A stretch of 44,929 nucleotides of DNA, filler included, from Catajapyx aquilonaris (lineage: Eukaryota), in NCBI GenBank assembly GCA_000934665.2. It is 2 parts of 2 records of this genome, joined end to end, with 100 filler letters (N's around TTAATTAATTAA, not from the genome) between each part and the next. Parts side by side here need not be neighbours in the genome. Positions count along the whole stretch, not along the records: positions 1 to 22,423 come from JYFJ02005867.1; 1 more part is not named here. The stretch is one strand, 5' to 3'. Shown here one piece after another: positions 1-11,058 of this stretch. The number at the start of each line of letters is the position of its first letter. Position 1 is the first letter of the stretch. The notes under the pieces were generated by a model, which was not told the origin of the DNA, made no database searches, and saw only the letters and a program-made list of their open reading frames with translations. Made by a program: the position numbers and the translations under genes.

Positions 1-395
1 ACTGCTTCCTAGCCACCAGAGGATCGATTTAAGTATAGGAGTCATATGTCTGGGCAGCCTCATTACTGAGATACACTCTTTAGCGATTTTTGCCTAATCG
101 CTCCTTCTGACTTTTAAATAGAATTTTCTGGTGTAACTAGCCAAAGAGGCCTTACCACCTGTGGGCAACAAACCAACAAAAGTCCGGCCCCCAGACCTTC
201 CAGAGCCTTCTGACTGGGGGAGGGTTCGATGGGTGGCCTAACCGACAGGATATTTTGTACTACATGTTTGCGGCCAATTATCTCAGGAATGCGGCGGCCA
301 GACATAATGACTCCTATACTTAAATCGATCCTCTGGTGGCTAGGAAGGCAGTCATATACGTCGGGGCAGATACACGGGAGTTCAGATACACCCTG
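1..395. mobile_element. Tc1/mariner-type MITE, copy 1 (cut by window start)
   Basis: Long terminal inverted repeats; ends ...GAGTTCAGATACACCCTG followed by TA. Same family as the complete copy at 23919-24304. Confidence 0.85.
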
Positions 396-1527
396 TATAG
401 GCCTCCGACCAAAGTAAAGGTCTGGAGCCTGGATGAACTAACACTATACAGTTTGCACATTTACTCCTACATAGAAATGAATTATATGCTTCTGAATTAG
501 TACTATAGCAAGATATTTCGCCTTTCACCACAAATTCACGTCCCACAAATCTCCTTTAAAACCCACTGGCTGGCCTCCGATGCGAAGGATATTGATCGGT
601 TATAATTGATTATATAGTTCATTATCGGAATTGGGACTCTCCGGAAATAATAGCACCGACTTGTCATTCCCACCCGCCTTATAAATCACGATGAGAAGCC
701 GTTTCCTGCGGCACGAAACAAGAGAACACCGTAGAATAAGGTCATAAAAGCCATTAAAACCATTATTACCTCAGGCCAATAATAACCTTGATTTTTTTTT
801 GCAGATAAACACTTTTTTTTTCTTCAAAACACAGGAATACATCTGATCCTTGGATCCAAAACGTTTTTATGTCATACTTATGCATGAAATCATGTAACGT
901 AACAGCAATCTAATACTTCCAAGAACTGTTCAAAACAAGTACGTGGCTCATCACGCACGCAACAAGTAGGCAAAAACAAAATCAGGGAGAAAAATATAGA
1001 CAAAATAATTATTACGACGTAGTTGTTGGGAAATTGACCTATACAGTATGTACAGTACAAGTATAATAAGATTATGGTGCAAGCATCACTGTGTCCCAGT
1101 ATATCTGGAATATTGTCCCACACATTTAATTGATACACATCTCAAGAAGTTTTGAAGCAAGACACTACCGTTACACCTATGTCCTATAGTAATGATACTT
1201 AGGTCACCTAATTATGCCCAGTGCTTCCCTTTCTTCAATGGCCAATCGAGAGTAAGTGTCATCTCAATTCATCAAAGCCCAAAGCGCAAAAATGAGATTA
1301 CGGTACAGTACTATCAGGTACTATTGGTGATGTCTTCATGCCTCGGGTCACATGAATGACTATCTCAAGGTCAAAAATAGTGTCACCCTGAAGATATATA
1401 ACTGCAGGGAATTATTGTCGTAAGTAGTGTGACGTTCCATTTTATTTTCACCTGACACCTCCAGCAACCCCCCCCCNCCCACCCCCCCACACTCTGCTAT
1501 TGGAGGCTCCAGGCAATAATGCCAGAG

Positions 1528-1571
1528 TATAAAAATGATGACCTTAGAAGGCCTATAATTCAGTCTATCAG
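1528..1571 (+). promoter_or_regulatory. Core promoter and short non-coding first exon of the granulin-like gene
   Basis: TATAAAA at 1528-1534, arthropod initiator-like TCAGT at 1560-1564, then consensus donor AG|GTAAGT at 1571/1572; acceptors at 1643 or 1651 precede ATG 1665. Confidence 0.65.
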
Positions 1572-1664
1572 GTAAGTGCTAAGAAGATCCAACAGAAATC
1601 CTGCTCAAAGATCCACATTTCGTGAATTCCACTCTTCTATTAGTGTTCCAGCAAATCATCAGCA

Positions 1665-2087
1665 ATGAAGGCTTTCATGTTCTTGGCTTGTGCAGCTTTG
1701 CTATTGGTAGGGTCTAACTGTGATTTTAAAAGGCATATGGTGGTAACAGGTGGTTTTTGCATAGGCTTTGGCCTGGGAAACAGCAGCTGAAGATGTGACC
1801 TGTCACCCAGAAGCTGAAGTTTGCGAATCTGGACAGTGCTGCGGAGAAAAATGCTGTGACTTTGACAAGGTTAGTAGTCTGCCATATCACGTAACCAATC
1901 ATGTCGTTGTGTAACCTCCACACGAGTGCGCTAATTGATTTTATCCTATTACCAGGGAACTTGCTGTGAGAGTGGGACCCACTGCTGCCCCAAGGCATAT
2001 GATTGCGTAGAGAATAACATGTGTAAACCCAAGAAGCTCCTGGGAGGCGGCCTTGCTCAAGCTTTCCCTGCTACCGAAATGTTTTAG
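1665..2087 (+). CDS. Secreted single-domain granulin-like peptide, 92 aa (exons 1665-1706, 1765-1869, 1956-2087)
   Basis: Two phase-0 GT-AG introns (58 and 86 nt) give MKAFMFLACAALLL|ALAWETAAEDVTCHPEAEVCESGQCCGEKCCDFDK|GTCCESGTHCCPKAYDCVENNMCKPKKLLGGGLAQAFPATEMF*. Hydrophobic signal peptide plus 12 Cys in granulin order C-C-CC-CC-CC-CC-C-C with the HCCP motif. Confidence 0.85.
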
Positions 2088-2214
2088 CTTCCAAATGTTT
2101 AAAACATTGTAATTGCTGTTATTAATGTAAGACACTGTGTTTACATAATTCCCATGTATTGATAATACTAAGGTTCAGTACATTTCATGTGATAGGGTAT
2201 ACTACTGTCGGCTC

Positions 2215-2220
2215 AATAAA
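2215..2220 (+). terminator. Polyadenylation signal of the granulin-like gene
   Basis: AATAAA about 130 nt after the TAG stop. Confidence 0.6.
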
Positions 2221-4719
2221 AAAAATGACTTGCATGATTTTTGTTATGTAATAGTCACTCTTCAGATGGGGATTTTCGATTATGAATAGTCACTTCAAGG
2301 TTGCTACAAATTGCTCTTGACAGTTTCATCTTAGATATTCAAATCACTTTAGGTTGATGTTAATAATGCAGGGATGGGGGATGGGGGAAGGCTGATGTAA
2401 CACGAATGTCCAGTGAACGTCACTTCTGCATGTTGCTATTGACCTCTCTAATGCCCTTTGAATCTTCATTTCTTACTTCTTGACCTTCTTGGTTGTTTTT
2501 AAATACGAGCAATGCATTGACTACCACTCCCTATAACATTATGTATGTGGTCGATTGCCAGTTTGCCACACATTCAATTGGCATATCAAGAATCGTGACA
2601 AGTGGGCCAAAAACCTGGCTGTCAGTCTATCTGATGTGATGAGCATTTACTGAACATTTTTGCATATTGAACACTAGACATTCACGATATTATATTCATG
2701 AACATTCATCTACTTGTACTACTACAGGGGATAGACTGCTTTAAGCTTGATCTATCTTCTTTTAGATTTTTGGACCCAACTACAGTAAGGTAATTACTCT
2801 AGCTGTGCATTTACACCAATAATTGTCAGGCAGCCAATGCAATGGTGACAACTGTCTGGGCATTCACTGGGCAAATTCACTTCTGCTACAGTAATTACTC
2901 TAGCTGTACAAAACTCAAGAATATAATTTATAACACATTACTGCAATTACCGGCAATTATTATGATTATGACTGTGAAGGAAGGCAGATATACAGAGCAA
3001 AGGAATGACTGAAGCCTAAAACCCTTGTAACGGGTAGAAGCCTGGGTGCATGCCAACTGCAACAGGAATCCACCATGATCCTGGTTGTATGCTGCCAAAT
3101 GCATCATTGTTAACAAAAACATTTTTTAGAGTGCTACCCCATGTTGGGGAATCGTATAATTTCACTAAATTTTATGATTGCACTATCGATCCAGTGGATA
3201 TAAATGTTCAACCATCTTCTTCGTGACACTTGAAGTCATTCATAATAATCAGGAGAAAGGTTGCTTCACTTGGGTTGTAAACTTGGTTCTTTTTATTATT
3301 AATGAGAGCTACATAACAGGCATCTGCTACAAAACCAACTGCCCAGCTCTTTCCTCAGACTTTTACAAACACCTTTTGCCACTTGTTATTAAATAGCAAC
3401 CGCATTTCATCCATTATGCAGGCAAAGTAAGACTAATATTTCCATACACCGCACTGTAGTAACTGAAAATGTTTAATGAGGCAGTGGCCACACAGAGTGA
3501 CCACCAAAATAAAATTAAAATAATCAAAACACTATCAGGTCACCCACACAGTGTAAATGCTAGCACAAGGGGAAGCAGCTCTTCTTGGCAAATATTTTCG
3601 TCTCATATAATGCGAGACAAATAGCAAACAAAAATGCAAAGACGATTCAAGTGTCATTGTTAATTTCTTCTTAATTACAAAGTAATAAACCCAGCCTGGC
3701 CCGCAGGTTGGCACTGATCTCTGCCAATAATGTTATTTTCATAGGATATAGGGACAGGATACACGAGAAGAATATTTCCTACGCATCTAATTAAAAATCT
3801 TCAACAAAACTGCAAACAGAATAGATTCTCTCATAATAAATTCAACTAAAAAGTTTCCTGAAATTGATCGAGGGATGCCATAAAATCATAATTTTACACA
3901 CAATCAATTCCACAACTACATCATCTCATAAAGCATAACAACACTGTGTGGCTTAATGGCATCTGTTAGAAAGAAACAATGGAGCAAAGGAGTTTAAGCC
4001 ACATGGGCCCAAATTCCTCTGTCGAATGTGTACAAATAAACATACACATGAGAAAAGGACAAACCACTTATGTAGGTGACATGGCCACCAAGTGACGATG
4101 ATGACAGCAATGCATACAAAAAAATGTCAAATGGGACTGGGTCAAAACTTTGAAGTCGGAGGTGGTGGTAGGTAGCCAAATGTTATAGAGAATATAAAAA
4201 CTATGATTAAAATCAACTCACTTTAATCAGAATGTGCCACACGTGTAAAGTATACTTTAACAAGCACCCAAAGGTTCAAGTTGAAGATGGCGTGTTAACT
4301 TATCCCTCTTTGACACCAATTGGACTTTTATCACCGTCATCTCAATCACCAATACTTTTTATAAATGAAGAGCAGTGGAATAGCAGTTGTAAAAAAAAAA
4401 AACTGACACCAACCTATAGGAAAAACAAAACAGCAAACAAAGTTAATTCTGGTAATTTGTCACACAACCCACTCCTGTCCTGAAGTCCCGAAAAAGTGAT
4501 GCCCAGCCATACATGCCTTCACTACACTGGCACTATTTTCCTTATTTCTTTTTGGGGGACAAATTTGAGGAAACAGCATTGGGGTTCAAGGGATAGTGTA
4601 CAAGATACTGGGGGTTGCAACCTCAAGTCCTCTCTTAACTTAGAGATTTGCATTCTTCCATTTTTTCAGACAGGTGTCATATGAAAGGGTTAAAGGTCAA
4701 ATCAGAAAAATAAAAATAA

Positions 4720-4804
4720 CTACACAGAGAGGGACACATAGCTGTTATACTGTTGGATGTTGCGCTTCAGAATGTCGGCACAGAGACCCAGCACTCGCTC
4801 AAAC
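4720..4804 (-). CDS. Pka-R1: PKA-RI last coding exon
   Basis: (R)[30 protein letters not shown] at 4722-4720. Confidence 0.95.
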
Positions 4805-7800
4805 CTGTAAAAAAAAAGTGAATAATCATCCCAATGTCACCAAAAGATGCTCACAATTTTATTGAGCAATTACTCATTCACTACAACATGCATGATGTCA
4901 TTTAATGTACCTTTACAGGTACATAGAAGCTGGTGTGTGTTTCTACTTGGATGGTACAGTATACGAGTCAGTTATTATATTCCTCATAAGGGTGGATAAT
5001 TGAAGGCAAAAATTTGACGTTGCACTTGTTTACATGCTAGTGAAGACTGAAAATTCTAGTTTGCTGGCTAATTTCAAACCTTTATGACTAAATGGAATTC
5101 ACCAGGCAATTGGGCATAAAAAATTATACTTTGCATGAACATGACTTAAGGTTAACTGAGGAGTTAGCTCTTGTTTATGTATAGGCTAACTCTGTAGTTA
5201 ACAATAACTTTTGCTTATACGACCTGCCCTGGTGCATATAACTCAAAATTGCCGAAGTGTTGGAGGGAGTGGATTTAACTTGTATTCTCATGATATTAAC
5301 TCTCTCCATTCCATATCGGCATACCCATTTTGTCACTCAACAGGTAGCTTTATTTATTTAAAAATATGATTTTTAAAAAGTCATCACTAGAGAACGGATT
5401 TCTAGGTTCTAAAAAACCCTCAAATAGGTAGGCATTTAGGCCCTGAAAAGAGTCAAAATAGGCTCTTAAATAGGCACTATAAATCAAGCTGGTTCTAATT
5501 TATTTTAATTTCTACTCATATTTACAGCCTACTCCTGGCCATGGAATTTTGCAGAACAGTAACGAACTAGCAGTTATTCCATATTTTCGTTGGTTAATCG
5601 CAGTTATTCGGCGACAGTTAAGATCCTCCCTCACGGGGAGCCGATATGGCCGATAGAAAATCCGTCGGGCCGAATGTAGCAGCTTATTTAACGGCTATTA
5701 ATAACAGTTATTTCGACTCGCAAAAGCTGTTAACGGCATATTACCCGGGATCTTGCCGATCAACCGCTTCTTCGCTTGTCACAGGTTGAAGTGGGAGGGA
5801 TTCCCTGAACGGAAAACCTGCAGAACTCTCGAAAATCTTGCCGAATGGCGTGAAAAAGGCCGAAATAGGCACTAATAGGTGCTAATAGGCCATTTAGGTC
5901 CCAAAACCCGAAATAGGCATTTTTAGGTTCTATAAAACTGCGATTTTTGAGGTCCTTGTGTTATGAAACGGATAGATATTTTGGTTCCGGTGTTCTGCCT
6001 ACAAAAGAAAAAGTAGGTAAAAACCTAGAAATCCGTTCTCTAGTCATCACATATACGTACATTATCGTACATTAGCCTGTTCTATTAGGCTGAAATAATT
6101 TTGAACAACAAAATCTGTCCTCAACACCTTTTTCCTTCTCGCTTAAATCCTTCCTTACCCATGTGTGTATATTGCGCACTTCAAAATATCATTTCCTACT
6201 TTCACGGTTAAATAAGAATACTATTGGTAAAAATATGGCAACTATCCCATGACAAGGCCTTTACATTTCATATGCTCCCAAGAAAAGATGTAGTTCCTTA
6301 GTTTGCTTCTGTACCCTAATATCTTAGAACCTCACCTTGCACGATCCAGCTTGACACACTTCAAGGGTCCATTGGACATAACAGTGGCTGCTCTGGGGCG
6401 ATCTAACAGCAGAGCAATCTCTCCTATAATGCATAAAACAGTCATTAGAATGAATCAGGTGCACCTGACACATTCCTTGACCATACTCACCAAAGTAGTC
6501 GGAGGGCCCAAGGCGACCAACTTCAACAGGCTCTTCTCCTTCCTGCCTGTACTGCATAACAATAGCAGTCCCCTCCAAAATAATATAGAAGTCGTTCCCA
6601 GGATCTCCCTGCCTCACTATGGTCTCCCCATCCTCAAAGGCCACAGGCTCCAGGGCATCCGCAACAGTTAAGCGTTCCCACTTGTCCAGGTTCTCTGCCA
6701 TAGGTTAAGTATTTTATTTCCAGTTTAGTTGATCTTTACATTTATTTCACACCATCAGAAAAATACAGTAAAACCTGTCTGTACCAGAGTCATGCTCTCC
6801 CATGAACCCGTTACTGAAAAACATAGCAAAAATTCCTGCTCAATCCAGGGTCCATTACAGGTCTTTTCCTAGCCTTCTCAAATCAAAGTAATCAAGCCTG
6901 GTAGCACATTACATCTTAGAATCAACATGACTCAAATTGATATACAGCACATGTTGAAAATGTGCATATAATAAATTTTTGGCTACTTATTTACTGTTCT
7001 GTGCCTGAAGAAGTATTCAAGTCAACTTTGGACCCTTTAAAAAAATCGAAGATTAAATTCAGCCAAATCAAATGTTGATTTTTTTTAAAGCAATAAAAGT
7101 ATCCCGGTAATGCACAATTACATTTTTTAAGTCTTGATTTTTTTATTGTATGGATTCAATTGCAGACCAGTCTTATCAGATATGGTAAGTTCCATTATTT
7201 GGCATTTTATATGGTTTTCCAAGTCATTCTGTACCACACAAGGTCATCCATTAGTGCTCCCCTAAAAAATCATGAACTTGTTCCAAGATCTGGGACAATT
7301 TCCAAGGGTGGGCGGCAGTTCATTCATGCATTTTATATTTTTTTCCTAGTTTAGTATTTCCCAATATAATGAAATCTTGTTTATTGCAGGAAAATATCCT
7401 GCAACACAGTAGTTGCATACGTCCAATGTTGGACATTAATCGCGTCTTACTGCTAATGACATTTTTCGAAGTGGCAGAATAAAGAGTCGAAGCAATGGAT
7501 AGTGCCAGCTGTGCAAGCAAGATTCGTTCTTCTAACGCTTCAGAAAATGTTGCTAGCAGTACGAGGCGATTAATGTCCAACACCCTACAGGCTTCACTGT
7601 ATTTAGAACTGACATAGACATACTGTATCCACTGACCTAGGATAGAGACTTTGGTGAGGAATTCCTCATACATCTTCCTTTTACGAATGGTGGAGCTCAT
7701 GAGGATGCGCCTGTACGTTTCCCTGTCAATTCCCCAGAGCTTCACATCTGCCTTGGCCTTCACTGTGGCTGCTCGGGGTGTACCATAGATTAAGGCCAGC

Positions 7801-10800
7801 TCACCAAAGCTGCCTCCTTCACTTATGGTTGTCACTAGCTCATTATTCACAAACACCTGAAAGGCAAACATGATGTCTTTAAAAAATACCCTTGGTATTG
7901 TTGGGATCCACACATATTTTGAAAGTAGCATGGAAATTGGTTAGGATACCCATTTTCCTCTGTAGATAACCATGCCTTACGTGTTTTTTCCAATATACGA
8001 GTGTATGTATTCGTATATGTCTCTGAAAAAACTATTACAGTAGCACCCCGATTATCCGTCACCCATGGGACTGCGGCATTGTCGGATAACAGAAAAGGTC
8101 GGATAATCTCAGGAGTAAAACTTTAATGAAGCACAACAAAAAACATAAAAACATGAAATATCTTTCAATATTATGGTTTTCGTAAGAAATGGAGAAGTAT
8201 TTATCTTTTACACACAGACTCTACTGTACTGTATTTACAATTTAACAAAGGCAACACAAACAAATGCGTAGAACATTACAGTATTTCATGAAAAAATAGA
8301 TTTATTGCCGGAGCGGGACAGTTGGATAATAGGGGCTCTACTGTACTTAAGTCTCGACCAGAACCAATACGAAGCAAAATTTTAATTACTAATCGTAGTT
8401 AGTGTAGACTTTTTTATGTCCCTCCATTTTGGACAGTTGGATTATGAATCTTGGCAACATCTTTTTACCGGCTTAGCAGTCTTCTTCCTCACAATGTACT
8501 TTAACCCACTGTTTCATTATTGACATTCTCACTTATTTTATACATATGCCTTGAATTACTGCATCTCTCCGAGATAATATTTTAAATTATTATAACACTA
8601 AACTGCATACCGTTCTTATAATGAAATCTTGTTTGCATTTATGTCTGATCAAAGTACAATGACCTCCTGATATCCTGACTGAGGGCTTCAAAGTGAGAAT
8701 TCATCAAATCACTACCTGACCATTAATTCTATGAAATTTACCAGACATGGACAATCAACAATACAAAAAAGAATCCCTTATTATAGGCTAAAACAGAATC
8801 AATATTCATTCCCATATAATCCAGATAAATCCACACATACTGTAGTTTCCAAACAAACCTCAACTTCTCCAATATCAATAACGTAGAAGTTGTCCCCTTC
8901 ATCTCCTTGCTGGATGATTATCTCTCCCTGAAGGATATTAACTGGAAACATGGCATCAAATATATCCGACCGTTCATTCTCATCCAAGTGTGAGAACAGC
9001 ACGTTCTTGGCAATGGCCTTTGACAAGGCTGCCATTGTCTTGTAGTCCTTTGGCACCACCTGAAGGCAGAGAAAGAAGTATTGCTTTAGTAAATAAAGAA
9101 GGATTGAGAACAAAAATTAGCCACTGCCTTCAAACTCCTACTCCTACTCACTCCTACTCCATCTCATTTTAAAATACGATGCAGTGTGACTTTTCAGAGC
9201 CAAACCCACCATGCCAATTTTTGTTACACTGGCTCTGATGAAAAGTAATGTAATCAGCTAATTAGTTAATCAGCATGAATCACGATTGAGGCTCATTGCA
9301 TTACAGCAGCTACTTGCATTAACTGGTAATGCTGCATTGGGGCGCACACAACGCTCTTGATAACAATAATCAGTGTTCCAAATGAGTGTGCTCCAAAATG
9401 ATGGTAAAACATTCATCAAGCCTCACTCTTTTAAACCATAGCCTGCTTGTGTTAGCAACATCAGTTTAATTTATGAAATCTCACTTATGTCTCCTTTCTA
9501 ATTAATTCCATATTTGGTCCCACTTATAGTGATTCAAAATACAGAAAAGTGAAGCCTGTCTGTAGCTGACTCTGCAAAAAAGGTTCCTTGCAGAACAGAT
9601 TTCCATTGCACCAACAGGAACATGTTGAAGTACTGTTGAGGCTGAAGAAAAAGATCCATGGTGGATGTGATTCCTGCATATCCAAGTCTGCCATAGACAA
9701 GTTACCATGTATCAAGTTTTTAAAAAAACCACTCATCTATTAAGATATTCACTAACATCTTAATTGCAGTGAGCTAGTAAATCTTGCAAAAGTTTCAGAT
9801 TCTCTCCACAAAATTGTACTCGCATTTCTTAACAAAAGAGAAATCCCAATCCTTGAAAGCATCTAATTATATTCGCACAGGCATTAGGAAGGAGTCAGCG
9901 TCCTGTCCCTCCCTTTGCCACCTTCAAAACAGTCCAGAATAGTCTTTTGGGATGTGACTTTGGACTGCCCCCCTGGCATCTTGCCCCTTCAACTTGAAAA
10001 TGGGGAACTTAAACATAGACTCTCAACTGAACTCTTGAAGTGCGTAGGAACCAGTGAATGCATCCCTCCAGTGAGATTAGAAAAAAGCTAGAGCAGTATG
10101 GGGTTACGGGCCAAGGTAAAAAGCTGGATGTAGCTGAAAAATGTGCTTGCGCATGTGAATGAATGAAGTAGTTGGAAAAGAGGGGGAGAGACCCTGGAGT
10201 GCATTCAAGAGAGGAAGGGAGCTGTTCTTTGCACACCTGCCAGCCAATTGTCTACAGGTCTGCAACAACTGGCAGGCTGCATTGTTATCAACCCTGACAG
10301 AAGGGGATACAGCGTGCGTCATGAAACATGAATGTAGAAACAAGTGGCAGTTCCACAACATTTACAGCCTCAATAAAATTACGCTCACTTTGCAAGCTTC
10401 ACAGCTGAGGCAGGCACATTCTACAACACAATACATCTTTATGGATGTCCGGATCTGTCTCTCTCTCCTTCTCACTTGTATTTCCCTTCTTCGTTCCCTC
10501 ACTTCCTAGTACCCTTTGCTACGTATTTAATGTGCATCTCTCTATTTCACCAATAGCAAGCAGTTGGTAAAAATTGTGAGCTACACTTCTGTTGCTTGCC
10601 TCCACTGCAAATGAATTTATATTACTGATGACTCTCACTGTATTTATCTCCTGCAACAAACCTTATTCCTATAAAATGGCAACATTATCTAAAACAGGAT
10701 AATGAAAATGTACCCTAAATATCAAGAGCCTATATTATATGTCAATCAAAATTCAACCCTCTGAATCCTCAAAAGCAATGTCCCATAAAGCACAGGAACA

Positions 10801-11058
10801 CTTAGTAATACTGGGAATGGTGATGACACCGAACAAACCAAATCTTTAAACTCATACAGTAGACTGTCTCAAGATACTAATAAAGCATCAAATATTGACA
10901 ACCTTTTTGACATAGCTGGTAGCGTCTTCTTCAGTGACTGGCTCTGCAGAGATGGCACCCCTGCGCCTGACCTGCTGCTGCACCTGCGAAGGCATTGGGG
11001 AGAGGTCCTCCGCTTCTTCTGGTGACGCTGCTTGGCGCTTTGCATCTTTGGCTTGTTC
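4720..11058 (-). CDS. Pka-R1: cAMP-dependent protein kinase type I regulatory subunit; six shared coding exons, 317 aa, N-terminal exon upstream
   Basis: Exons 11058-10903, 9059-8859, 7856-7637, 6694-6491, 6423-6336 and 4804-4720 join in frame with GT-AG introns. RRGAIS pseudosubstrate (type I), two cNMP-binding cassettes ([32 protein letters not shown]), C-terminus YNSYVSLSV*. Confidence 0.97.
5388..6042. mobile_element. Non-autonomous hAT-like DNA transposon in the last PKA-RI intron
   Basis: Perfect 21-bp TIRs (TAGAGAACGGATTTCTAGGTT), perfect 8-bp TSD GTCATCAC (5380-5387 and 6043-6050), subterminal AATAGG repeats, no long ORF. Confidence 0.9.
6336..6423 (-). CDS. Pka-R1: PKA-RI exon: cNMP domain B phosphate-binding cassette
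   Basis: (G)[28 protein letters not shown](R), after a 67-nt intron. Confidence 0.95.
6491..6694 (-). CDS. Pka-R1: PKA-RI exon: cNMP domain B first part
   Basis: (E)[17 protein letters not shown]...[10 protein letters not shown](G); donor GTGAGT. Confidence 0.96.
7637..7856 (-). CDS. Pka-R1: PKA-RI exon: cNMP domain A phosphate-binding cassette
   Basis: [35 protein letters not shown]...[10 protein letters not shown]; donor GTCAGT, phase 1. Confidence 0.96.
8038..8343. mobile_element. pogo/Tigger-type MITE
   Basis: TA|CAGTAGCACCCCGATTATCC ... GGATAATAGGGGCTCTACTG|TA; imperfect TIRs, TA flanks. Confidence 0.7.
8859..9059 (-). CDS. Pka-R1: PKA-RI exon: start of cNMP domain A
   Basis: [38 protein letters not shown]...[20 protein letters not shown] acceptor, GT donor. 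Confidence 0.96.
10903..11058 (-). CDS. Pka-R1: PKA-RI exon: linker and inhibitor site
   Basis: [52 protein letters not shown]; 156 nt, phase 0/0. Confidence 0.93.

Noticed and set aside
6303..6671. 122-aa plus-strand ORF (likewise 40485-40883 and 43351-43736)
   Set aside because: Antisense shadows of real coding exons.
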